Part shown: positions 9,317 to 17,730 of the stretch, piece after piece
How the letters are laid out: every line of letters begins with the position of its first letter
Numbering within the stretch: the stretch's first letter is position 1
Assembly (NCBI GenBank): GCA_041650915.1
Contig: JBAZKE010000002.1
Location: forward strand, 144,638 to 208,637
From: Patescibacteria group bacterium
GTDB taxonomy: Bacteria > Patescibacteriota > Patescibacteriia > UBA10025 > JAHIVO01
Length of the DNA: 64,000 nt
Direction of reading: 5' to 3'
Translations under genes and position numbers: made by a program
The notes under the pieces: model-generated
The model's input: the letters and a program-made list of their open reading frames with translations, nothing else
What the model was told of the DNA's origin: nothing
The model's database searches: none

Positions 9317-11116
9317 TCACTCTGTCGCTTTAAAAATTTCCTCCGGCGTTGTGATGCCCTGAGAAACCTTGAGAATGCCATCCTGCGCCATCGTCAGCAT
9401 GCCGTGCTTTTTTGATATTGCCTGTATTTGGTACTCCGAAACCTGGCCAGTCAAGATGAGTTTCTCAATTTCTTCATTCATGGTTAAAATTTCAAAGATG
9501 CCGATGCGCCCTCGGTACCCGATTTGGCTGCACTCCACACACCCTTTCCCGCGGTAAAACTTGAACGAATCTCTCGTCAGGCTGCCGCGCAGATTCTCTG
9601 GCAGGGCATCGACCAGCTTGCCGACACGCTCCGCAATTTCAGGCGGCGGCGTATACTGCTCTTTGCAGCGCTCGCATATCTTCCGTACGAGCCGCTGCCC
9701 GACAATAACGTTGAGTGCGGGCGCAAGGAGGAAAGGCTTCACGTCCATTGAGAGCAAACGCGGTATCGCACCAGCGGCACTGTTCGTGTGCAGCGTTGAA
9801 AGCATGAGGTGCCCGGTGAGCGCTGCCTGAATTGATATTTCTGCTGTCTCGTGGTCCCGGATCTCGCCGACCATGACGATGTCCGGGTCCTGCCGGAGGA
9901 CGGCCCGGAGGCCGCCTGCATACGTATAGTGCTTCTTGCCGCCGCTCCCGTCCATAATCATCTGCCGGATATCCTTCTGATCGCTCTCAGCCTGCTCATT
10001 CCCCTCAACCTGGCTCTGTGTAATGCCTTTCACCCGGTACTCAATGGGGTTCTCGAGTGTAATTATTTTCGTTTCCGGCTTATTAAGCTTCTTGACAACA
10101 GCGTAGAGCGTAGTCGTCTTGCCCGATCCAGTCGGTCCCGTCGTTAGAATCATGCCGTTCGGCCGGTCAATCTCTTGCTTAATAATGTCGAGGGCGTGCC
10201 CGACGAGGCCAATATCCTCAAGTTCAAGCCCGGTTGCCGACGACATGAGCAGGCGCATGACGATGCTCTCCCCGTAAGCGCTCGGCACGGTTGAAACGCG
10301 GACATCGATGAACTCGTCTGTCAGGTAGACGGTAAACCGCCCGTCCTGGGGGACATCGGTTACGTTGAGCTTGAGCTTGGCGAGCAGCTTGACGCGGCTG
10401 ATAATCTTAGGCCACAGCTTTTTATCAATGATTGCCACGTCATAGAGCACGCCATCAATCCTGAAACGGACCTTGATGTCATCCTGCTCAGTCTCAATAT
10501 GGATATCGGATGCGTTCGCCTTGAGCGCAGACGCTACCACCATGGTAAATAAATCCGAAGTCGATACGCGCTGTATCTGGTCGTTGAGATCGCGAAATGA
10601 TCCAATCTTGCCGCGGTAGTTTTCGAGGTCCTCTCCTGTCAGCTCAATGCCCCCCTTGAATTCCCGGCGCTTCGGCAGCATGGCGTACAGCCTCAGCGCA
10701 GCCTCGAAGCTCCGCTCGGAGATGAGGTACACCTCTGCGCGGGCTTTTGTATCATTTTCAAGGCGCTGACGGAGGGCGTCGATGCCCCCTGCCCGCGGAT
10801 TAACGCTGCCGATTCGTATCTCGGCATCGCCGAAAAAAAAGCAGACGGCTTTCAGCTCGCGGGCCTCCGCTTCCGGTATCAGTACCAAAGCTTCGGGGCT
10901 CACGGGAAAGCCCTTCAAGCTGATGTAGGGAAATCCTTCCTGGGAAGCGCGCTGCTGGGTAACCTGTTCTACTTTTTTTTCTTGTATGTCGTGAATTTTT
11001 GTTTGCAGCTTTTCCTCAACATCATCGGGACTAACCCGTATCCGTGCGCTTGCATCGTGGGACTGCTGGATGAGATCATCAATGCCCCTGTCAGTTTTAC
11101 TCGTCAGGTCATTCAT
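9317..11116 (-). CDS. pilB: type IV pilus assembly ATPase (GspE/PilB family)
   Basis: ASDIHIE, PQDGRF, GPTGSGKTTTLY, LRQDPDIVMVGEIRD, TGHLMLSTLHTN, CxxC...CxxC. Confidence 0.9.
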   Translation of the reverse strand: MNDLTSKTDRGIDDLIQQSHDASARIRVSPDDVEEKLQTKIHDIQEKKVEQVTQQRASQEGFPYISLKGFPVSPEALVLIPEAEARELKAVCFFFGDAEIRIGSVNPRAGGIDALRQRLENDTKARAEVYLISERSFEAALRLYAMLPKRREFKGGIELTGEDLENYRGKIGSFRDLNDQIQRVSTSDLFTMVVASALKANASDIHIETEQDDIKVRFRIDGVLYDVAIIDKKLWPKIISRVKLLAKLKLNVTDVPQDGRFTVYLTDEFIDVRVSTVPSAYGESIVMRLLMSSATGLELEDIGLVGHALDIIKQEIDRPNGMILTTGPTGSGKTTTLYAVVKKLNKPETKIITLENPIEYRVKGITQSQVEGNEQAESDQKDIRQMIMDGSGGKKHYTYAGGLRAVLRQDPDIVMVGEIRDHETAEISIQAALTGHLMLSTLHTNSAAGAIPRLLSMDVKPFLLAPALNVIVGQRLVRKICERCKEQYTPPPEIAERVGKLVDALPENLRGSLTRDSFKFYRGKGCVECSQIGYRGRIGIFEILTMNEEIEKLILTGQVSEYQIQAISKKHGMLTMAQDGILKVSQGITTPEEIFKATE

Positions 11117-11203
11117 AGTTCACAGTATACCAGCTTTTCAGCATGCCGTAAATTAAAAAATTCCCTCCAACCGATGATCGGGCGCTTGCTTCCTTCCTGC
11201 GAG

Positions 11204-12346
11204 CTATTGGTTTTTTATGAATTCCCGGATGGTCGCCAACACCTCGGCTTCGACCTCAAGCAGCTGCCGGCGGTCAAATTTAAACTTGGTGAAATTCCGG
11301 GTTCCGGCGGGCTTATACTCCTTAAACAAGCGGAGGCCGTCAATTGATTTGATCGTATTAACGATGACCCGGATGCTGCCGCTGTTGCTTTCGTAAATGA
11401 GGACGATGATTTCGGCATCGGGCGTATTAACGATGAGTTCGTCTACAACACCTTCGAGCTCCCTCTCTCCAGCGCCCGATTTTTCAAAATCCTGGTTGTT
11501 GAGCAGAGACCAGACCAGCCTCCCGTCGAGGTCGGTTTTGAGGCGGGCGAGCGCGCGGCCCCAGAGCTTGAGCGTGCTGATCGTCTTCGTGCGGTAGAGG
11601 TGTTTGATGATATCGTCACGGCGCGCGCCGTTTTCAATGAGGAGGCTGCTGATCGCCAGTGACCGCGGCGTTACCGTGGTGCTCTGAAAGCTCTTTGTCT
11701 TCGAGATGATTCCGGTGAGGAGGCTTGTCGCGATATATTCGTCCATAGCGCCTCCATTGAGCTGCCTGATGAGCTCAAAAATAATTTCTGATGTCGAGGT
11801 CGCAACGAGATCCACGGAGTTGATTTCACCGAAGTATTCATTCGACGGATTGTGGTCAATGTTGATGAGTGGCGTATGGTAAAAAAATTCAGTATTGTCG
11901 TCGTAAATTTTCCCGAGGGACTCCAGGTTTGGAGAATCTAGGGTAATGATGAGGTCGTACTCATACGCCGATGCGGAAGTTGAAACGTCGCGTGGCTCGA
12001 AAAAGCCATCTTTCGGAGTTACGTATATGTTGAGCTTGCTGTTGTTACTAATATCGTAGCTCAGCTCACGAACCTTCGTGCGTGATAGGTCGAGGGTGAT
12101 GATGAACTTTCTCAAAGCTGACAAGTCTGAATGGATCTCCCCGCTCTTCGGCAAGAACTGGTGGGAGGGAGGGAGGCTGAATTCATTGCACACGACCCTT
12201 ACCTTTTTATTAACTTTTTCGAGCGCCAGAAAAAGCCCCAACCCTGAAGCAACCGCATCGGTTGAAGGATTTTTTGGCAGCACAATAACAATATTGGCGC
12301 TTTTTTTAATTAAATCAATTGACTGTTGTGCTTCCGTCCGTTCCAT
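11204..12346 (-). CDS. DHH/NrnA-like phosphoesterase with degenerate motifs
   Basis: NPSTDAVAS, DLIITLD, INIDHN, STSEII, GIISKT. Confidence 0.8.
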   Translation of the reverse strand: MERTEAQQSIDLIKKSANIVIVLPKNPSTDAVASGLGLFLALEKVNKKVRVVCNEFSLPPSHQFLPKSGEIHSDLSALRKFIITLDLSRTKVRELSYDISNNSKLNIYVTPKDGFFEPRDVSTSASAYEYDLIITLDSPNLESLGKIYDDNTEFFYHTPLINIDHNPSNEYFGEINSVDLVATSTSEIIFELIRQLNGGAMDEYIATSLLTGIISKTKSFQSTTVTPRSLAISSLLIENGARRDDIIKHLYRTKTISTLKLWGRALARLKTDLDGRLVWSLLNNQDFEKSGAGERELEGVVDELIVNTPDAEIIVLIYESNSGSIRVIVNTIKSIDGLRLFKEYKPAGTRNFTKFKFDRRQLLEVEAEVLATIREFIKNQ

Positions 12347-12455
12347 ACCCGTACCGTATCACACGGGTGATCTCAAAATTTAATAGGTTAGTATACTGTA
12401 CGCCGATCCTGCTGTCAAGTTTGGCACCATCAGCAATTTTAAGTACAATGCAAGT

Positions 12456-12899
12456 ATGAAAAAAAATACCTCCTCTGAAAAAGAAACAGAATTATTTGGG
12501 CTTGCCTTAGCCAAAAAAACTCATGGAGGCGCCATATTCGCCCTAACGGGTGACCTCGGTGCCGGCAAAACGTGCTTTGCGAGAGGCTTTGCGCGCGGTC
12601 TCGGCATCACGTCTGCAATCCAGAGCCCAACGTTTATCCTCATGAAAGTGTACCCTGTCCATGCCAGAAGCGCAAAAAAATTCTGCCACGTGGACCTTTA
12701 CCGGCTTAAGCACACTGGCGATGTGATAGACATCGGCCTCGGGGAACACTTAGGAAAACGCGACACCATTACGATCATCGAGTGGGCAGATAAAATCAGT
12801 GCGATGCTCGCGCCTTATCCGCGTACCGAAATCCGCTTCTCGCTCGCTGGCCAGCACACGAGGACGCTCATTATTACAGAAAAGAGCGGCAGAGAATAG
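12456..12899 (+). CDS. tsaE: tRNA threonylcarbamoyladenosine biosynthesis ATPase
   Basis: GDLGAGKT, SPTF, HVDLYRL, IIEWA. Confidence 0.95.
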   Translation: MKKNTSSEKETELFGLALAKKTHGGAIFALTGDLGAGKTCFARGFARGLGITSAIQSPTFILMKVYPVHARSAKKFCHVDLYRLKHTGDVIDIGLGEHLGKRDTITIIEWADKISAMLAPYPRTEIRFSLAGQHTRTLIITEKSGRE

Positions 12900-12928
12900 C
12901 CGCCCATGCCAAGCACGCTGGCCGGGTT

Positions 12929-13213
12929 CTACGTTGCAGGGACCGCCCGCTTCAGCGGCACTTTTTTTTGGTCCTGAACGCGGACAGTGCCGTCTTCGAT
13001 AACCATCCTCTCATTCGTGATGGAGACAACTTGTTCGCTGTTCACGAGCAACTCGCGCTGCAGTATCCCCCTGATGATATCTCCCGGCCGCACGTGGTAC
13101 CGTACGATGCGCTGCAGCTCCGGATCAACTTCAAAGTCAGCAACCTTGCCGACGTGGTCATCAGACTGCGTATATACCGGAAGCCCTATGATCGTATCTT
13201 TTGAGAGAATCAT
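12929..13213 (-). CDS. PRC-barrel domain protein
   Basis: IIGLPVYTQSDDHVGKVADFEVD. Confidence 0.8.
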   Translation of the reverse strand: MILSKDTIIGLPVYTQSDDHVGKVADFEVDPELQRIVRYHVRPGDIIRGILQRELLVNSEQVVSITNERMVIEDGTVRVQDQKKVPLKRAVPAT

Positions 13214-13989
13214 TTCGATATGACAGCGGGAGTTTCACCGTCCGCCGGACTATCCTTTTTCATAACATACCACTGCTGCGCCACCATGAAAAGAGTTGAA
13301 ACGAGCCAATACAGCGTGAGTCCCGCAGGGAATTGAATCCCGAAGAAAACTGTAATGATAGGCATAAAATACAGCATCTGCTTGTTGAGGTTCGCAGCCA
13401 TACCCTCGTCCTTCGCCCCCGGAACCCTTGGGGGCTTTTTTGCCTGAATCATCTTTGCCTGCCAAAACTGCGCTGCCCCCGCGAGAATCGCGAAAATAAA
13501 ATTGCCCTTCTGCGATAGGTCAAAAATTCCTAAAAAAGTCGGGTCAATCGCCTGGGACGTAAAAATATCGCGGAGCGGAGCGTACAGGTGTTCAAGATTT
13601 TCCGCGATCAGTATCCCTGTTGTCGGATCAGTTTGCGCAACGGAAAAAAACACGCGATACAGGGCAATGAGTATCGGCAGCTGGAGCAGGAGCGGAAGGC
13701 AGGAAGAAAAAGGATTTACCTTATTTTCTTTATAAAATTTCATGAGCTGCCTGCCAAGCTCCTCCTTATCATTTTTATACTTCTCCTGGATCGCCTTCAT
13801 CTTTGGCTGAGTCTGTTGCAAATTTTTCTGGGCGCGGATCGACGAACGGGAGGGGATATAGAGCAGGAGTTTAATGAGTACGGTAATAATGATGATGGAA
13901 ACGCCGAGGCTCGGAATGTAATTATAGATATACAGCAACCCATTGAACAGAGGTTCAAATAGAACGAGATAGTAGAGATCAACAATCAT
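13210..13989 (-). CDS. yidC: membrane protein insertase YidC/Oxa1
   Basis: QPKMKAIQEKYK, VNPFSSCLPLLLQLPILIALY, PAGLTLYW; conserved synteny. Confidence 0.95.
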   Translation of the reverse strand: MIVDLYYLVLFEPLFNGLLYIYNYIPSLGVSIIIITVLIKLLLYIPSRSSIRAQKNLQQTQPKMKAIQEKYKNDKEELGRQLMKFYKENKVNPFSSCLPLLLQLPILIALYRVFFSVAQTDPTTGILIAENLEHLYAPLRDIFTSQAIDPTFLGIFDLSQKGNFIFAILAGAAQFWQAKMIQAKKPPRVPGAKDEGMAANLNKQMLYFMPIITVFFGIQFPAGLTLYWLVSTLFMVAQQWYVMKKDSPADGETPAVISK

Positions 13990-14001
13990 ACAACGTAATC
14001 G

Positions 14002-14256
14002 TTAAGAAATGGGGTCGTATCCCCCTCGGTTAAACGGATTGCACCGGATGATGCGCCTGATGCCCTTCCAGCTCCCCCGGAAAACACCGAAGCGCTCAAT
14101 GGCTCGGTACGAATACTCCGAACAGGTTGGATGAAAACGGCAGAACCCATAGGGGTGCCGTGCAGAATAAAACCCATGATCTGGCGAGAGCGTTCCCTGG
14201 TACAACCGTATGAGCCGGAGGGCAACGCCGCGGACTACTGCAGCTGTTCGTTTCAT
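14002..14256 (-). CDS. yidD: membrane protein insertion efficiency factor
   Basis: [25 protein letters not shown]. Confidence 0.95.
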   Translation of the reverse strand: MKRTAAVVRGVALRLIRLYQGTLSPDHGFYSARHPYGFCRFHPTCSEYSYRAIERFGVFRGSWKGIRRIIRCNPFNRGGYDPIS

Positions 14257-14594
14257 AAGAGTACCCGTGCTTTTTTTAAAACCTGGACTACTTCATGCTC
14301 CATATTTTCTGAGGACAGCCCAACCAGTGGAGTGCGGGCGATAAAAACCACATCGAGCCCGCTGCGGACGCTATCGACGTACTTTCCGGCAGCCACACGG
14401 AGCTGTCGCTTGATCCGGTTCCGTACGGTAGCCCGCTTGCTGACCTTCGTGCTTATACTGAAGCCAAACCGCGTTGCGGCATTTCTGCTCCTTAGTACCT
14501 TTACGACTATCCCACGCCCGTGAACGGTGCTGCCTGCCGCATGAACGCGCCGCCAGTCCTCAGTGCTCGATAACCGGTGGATGCGGGGCAGCAT
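14253..14594 (-). CDS. rnpA: ribonuclease P protein component
   Basis: [25 protein letters not shown] (RNR motif). Confidence 0.95.
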   Translation of the reverse strand: MLPRIHRLSSTEDWRRVHAAGSTVHGRGIVVKVLRSRNAATRFGFSISTKVSKRATVRNRIKRQLRVAAGKYVDSVRSGLDVVFIARTPLVGLSSENMEHEVVQVLKKARVLL

Positions 14595-14596
14595 TG

Positions 14597-14734
14597 CTAC
14601 AATGAAAGTTTTTTTCTTCCCCGGGCCCTGCGCCGCTTCAGTATCCGCTTACCCCCGGTCGTCCGAGAACGCTTTCTAAAGCCATGCGTCTTTTTTCGGT
14701 ACCGTTTCTTTGGCTGGAGAGTTCTCTTCGGCAT
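14597..14734 (-). CDS. rpmH: 50S ribosomal protein L34
   Basis: translated by hand (below ORF-track cutoff): [45 protein letters not shown]. Confidence 0.96.
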   Translation of the reverse strand: MPKRTLQPKKRYRKKTHGFRKRSRTTGGKRILKRRRARGRKKLSL

Positions 14735-14915
14735 AAGGATTTTTATTGGAGAATAATTGAGTGCCTAGAGTATAGCAACAAACAAACACCCGGTCAACGA
14801 ATTTTTTCTGTCCGCATGCTATGAACATCTTATACACATAATATGTACCTCTACGGTATATGTTCGCCCGTGCCTTTGTGGTAGGATTACTAGTACCAAT
14901 TTTTTAACCAATTCC

Positions 14916-16286
14916 ATGGACACTGAACAGCTGTGGAGTGCGGCACTTGGAGAACTTGAGCTAGCACTCAGCAAAGCAAACTTCACAACGTGGTTTAAGA
15001 ATACCTTCATCCTATCCCACGAAGACACGAAGGTTGTTATTGGCGTTCCAAATGCATTTACAAAAACGTGGCTCGAAAATAAATACCACCATAAAGTGCT
15101 CGAAGCGCTGCAGCACGCCACGCAGGGAAAAGTTGCCGAGGTAAGCTATCGGGTCGAATCAAAACAACGGGCTGCGGAAACGCACCGTGCCACCGCCGGG
15201 CCGGCAGAACCAGTTGTAATACCGTCCAAAAAAATGGAATCGGCTCCCCCGAAAAACGGATTTGGGCTGAACGCCCGCTATGTATTCAGCACGTTCGTCG
15301 TCGGAAAAAGCAATGAGCTCGCCCACGCAGCCTGCCAGGCAGTCGCGCAGCGCCCGGGCGAAGTATACAACCCGCTCTTCCTCTACGGCGGCGCCGGGCT
15401 TGGGAAAACCCACCTCCTCCAGGCAATCGCGCACGAGGCGCTCAAGAAGACGCCGGGGAAAAAGGTGATCTATACGACGTGTGAAAAATTTACCAATGAA
15501 TTTATACGGGCAATCAGCCAGGGTGGCAGTGAAAAATTTAAAGACTCATACCGAACTGCTGACATTCTGCTGATCGACGACATCCAGTTCCTCGCGGGAA
15601 AGGAAGGCACGCAGGAGGAATTTTTCCACACCTTCAATACGCTGCACCAGCAGAACAAGCAAATTGTCCTCAGCTCAGACCGCCCGCCGAAAGCGATTCC
15701 TGCACTCGAAAACAGGCTCGTCTCACGGTTCGAGTGGGGGATGATCGCCGATATTGCCCAGCCTGACTACGAAACGCGAATGGCAATTCTCCGTGCAAAA
15801 TGCAAAGAAAAAAAATACTCCCTGCCGCAAGAAATCATTACCCTCATCGCAAATAAAGTGCAAAGTAACGTGCGTGAACTCGAGGGAGCGCTCAACCGCA
15901 TCATCGCATTCCACGAACTCAACAGCGCGGCGCCGACCGCCGATTCAGTCAAGGCAATGCTCTCCAGTATTTCGAGCCAGCAGAAACGGGAGGGCGCAAT
16001 CACCGTTAAACAAATTATCAATACCGTTGCCGATTTTTTCGACATTACCATCGACAATCTGGTTGGCAGCAGCAGAAAAAAAGAACTGGTCGTGCCCCGC
16101 CAGATTACCATGTACCTCATGCGTGAAGAAGCAAAATGCTCTTACCCGACGATAGGGCATGAGCTCGGGGGGCGAGACCACACGACCGCCATGCATGCGT
16201 ATGAAAAAATCAAAAACCTGCTCGAGGAAGATGAAAAGATACGGCAAGACATTAATCTTATCCGGCAGCGGCTGTATAACAAGTAG
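14916..16286 (+). CDS. dnaA: chromosomal replication initiator protein
   Basis: YNPLFLYGGAGLGKTHLL, LIDDIQF, QEEFFHTFN, NVRELEGAL, GGRDHTT. Confidence 0.98.
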   Translation: MDTEQLWSAALGELELALSKANFTTWFKNTFILSHEDTKVVIGVPNAFTKTWLENKYHHKVLEALQHATQGKVAEVSYRVESKQRAAETHRATAGPAEPVVIPSKKMESAPPKNGFGLNARYVFSTFVVGKSNELAHAACQAVAQRPGEVYNPLFLYGGAGLGKTHLLQAIAHEALKKTPGKKVIYTTCEKFTNEFIRAISQGGSEKFKDSYRTADILLIDDIQFLAGKEGTQEEFFHTFNTLHQQNKQIVLSSDRPPKAIPALENRLVSRFEWGMIADIAQPDYETRMAILRAKCKEKKYSLPQEIITLIANKVQSNVRELEGALNRIIAFHELNSAAPTADSVKAMLSSISSQQKREGAITVKQIINTVADFFDITIDNLVGSSRKKELVVPRQITMYLMREEAKCSYPTIGHELGGRDHTTAMHAYEKIKNLLEEDEKIRQDINLIRQRLYNK

Positions 16287-16557
16287 CTTGTGTGTTGATA
16301 ATTGATATGGGACCGCTGTACAATGTGTGGACGCGTAAAGCACATATCAACAGCCCCTCCTGCCCCTGTAATAAACCACCCACAATCGGCGCCCAACACA
16401 TACACCGCCCATCACCCCACACCACACACACAGTAAAAAAAATTAAAACTTTTACCCCAACAAGAGCAGCCCTCAATCAACCCTCACGGCAACCTATACA
16501 CTTTTCCACTCCTCTACTATTACTACTACTCTTCTTTAAAAAAATATTATTACTACT
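16287..16557. other. replication origin oriC (DnaA boxes, DnaA-trios, AT-rich tract)
   Basis: TGTTGATAA near 16292, tandem boxes CTATACAC/TTTTCCACT 16494-16510, trios CTACTATTACTACTACT 16514-16530, then AT-rich TTTAAAAAAATATTAT; a further box TTATACACA at 14830 upstream of dnaA. Confidence 0.82.
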
Positions 16558-17664
16558 ATGAAGGTAATTTGTACACAAGAAAATTTATCCAAAGGGTTGC
16601 AGCTTGTAAGCCACGTCGCGAGCAAGAATGTTTCCCTCCCGATTTTAAGTAACGTACTTCTCCGGGCCGAACGTGGAGGGCTCACCCTCCAAACCACAAA
16701 CCTCGAGCTTGGAGTGACGTGCGTTGTCCGCGGGAAGGTTGAACAAGAGGGCTCTTTTACCGTTCAGGGAAAAACACTTAACGACTACATTAATCTGCTT
16801 CCGAATGAAAATGTAACACTCGAGCTGGCGGAACAAAATTTAAAAATCGGGTGCCGAGATTCAAAAACGGTTATGAAAGGGGTTGATGCTACTGAATTTC
16901 CGCTTATTCCTGAAGTTGAAGCAAAATATACGCACGGAATTGATGCGCAAATTCTCAAAGAGGCGTTGGACTCTGTTGCGTTCGCAGTCGCTTTTGATGA
17001 GACGAGGCCTGAAATCAGCGGCATTTACTTTGATTTCAGTAAAAATACCCTCACGGTTGTGGCAACGGACAGTTACCGTCTGGCGGAGAAAAAAGTTGAA
17101 GTTAAAAATACCAGCGGCATTGATGCTTATCACATCATCGTGCCAATCAAGACGGTGCAAGAGCTCATTCGCGTGCTCGGTGAAGAATCTGGGCCTGTTG
17201 AGATCCAGAGTAACGAGAACCAGGTTCGCTTCTCGCTGAACGGCGTGAATTTAACATCACGGGTGATTGAGGGGCAGTATCCTGATTATGAGCAGATTAT
17301 TCCACGCGAACACCAGACGCAGGCAACGGTTGGCACGAGAGAATTTACCAATACCATTAGGCGGGCGAGCCTTTTCTGCAAGCCCGGCGGGAATGACATT
17401 GTACTCGCTTTTTCACCAGCCAAGTCGGAGATACTCGTATCAGCCACCAACCTGCAGGTCGGGGAGAGTGAGGCGCGGCAGGAGGCGTCGATAAAGGGCG
17501 GGGAGAACAGCATTATCTTTAATTATCGGTTTTTACTCGACGGGCTGCAGAACATTAAAAGTAGCGAGGTAATACTTGAGCTCAACACGAACGCAACACC
17601 AGGGTTGCTTAAGCCGAAATCTGGCGGAGACTATACCTATATCATTATGCCGATCAAGCAGTAG
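16558..17664 (+). CDS. dnaN: DNA polymerase III beta sliding clamp
   Basis: LPILSNVLL, TNLELG, VATDSYRLA, SRVIEGQYPDY, YIIMPIK. Confidence 0.97.
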   Translation: MKVICTQENLSKGLQLVSHVASKNVSLPILSNVLLRAERGGLTLQTTNLELGVTCVVRGKVEQEGSFTVQGKTLNDYINLLPNENVTLELAEQNLKIGCRDSKTVMKGVDATEFPLIPEVEAKYTHGIDAQILKEALDSVAFAVAFDETRPEISGIYFDFSKNTLTVVATDSYRLAEKKVEVKNTSGIDAYHIIVPIKTVQELIRVLGEESGPVEIQSNENQVRFSLNGVNLTSRVIEGQYPDYEQIIPREHQTQATVGTREFTNTIRRASLFCKPGGNDIVLAFSPAKSEILVSATNLQVGESEARQEASIKGGENSIIFNYRFLLDGLQNIKSSEVILELNTNATPGLLKPKSGGDYTYIIMPIKQ

Positions 17665-17684
17665 AAGAATAGTACGAACCATAT

Positions 17685-17712
17685 ACAACAGGCCCCTCAC
17701 GGGGCCTGTTGT
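17685..17712. terminator. bidirectional intrinsic terminator
   Basis: ACAACAGGCCCC-TCAC-GGGGCCTGTTGT, perfect 12-bp stem between convergent dnaN and PBP. Confidence 0.8.
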
Positions 17713-17730
17713 TAGTGGTTGGGGCGCAAT

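Noticed and set aside
16514-16557. CTA/TTA triplet run as microsatellite or CRISPR
   Set aside because: No repeat-spacer structure; explained by DnaA-trios.
16292-16561. 89-aa ORF between dnaA and dnaN
   Set aside because: Low-complexity translation of oriC; the poly-Leu comes from the DnaA-trios.
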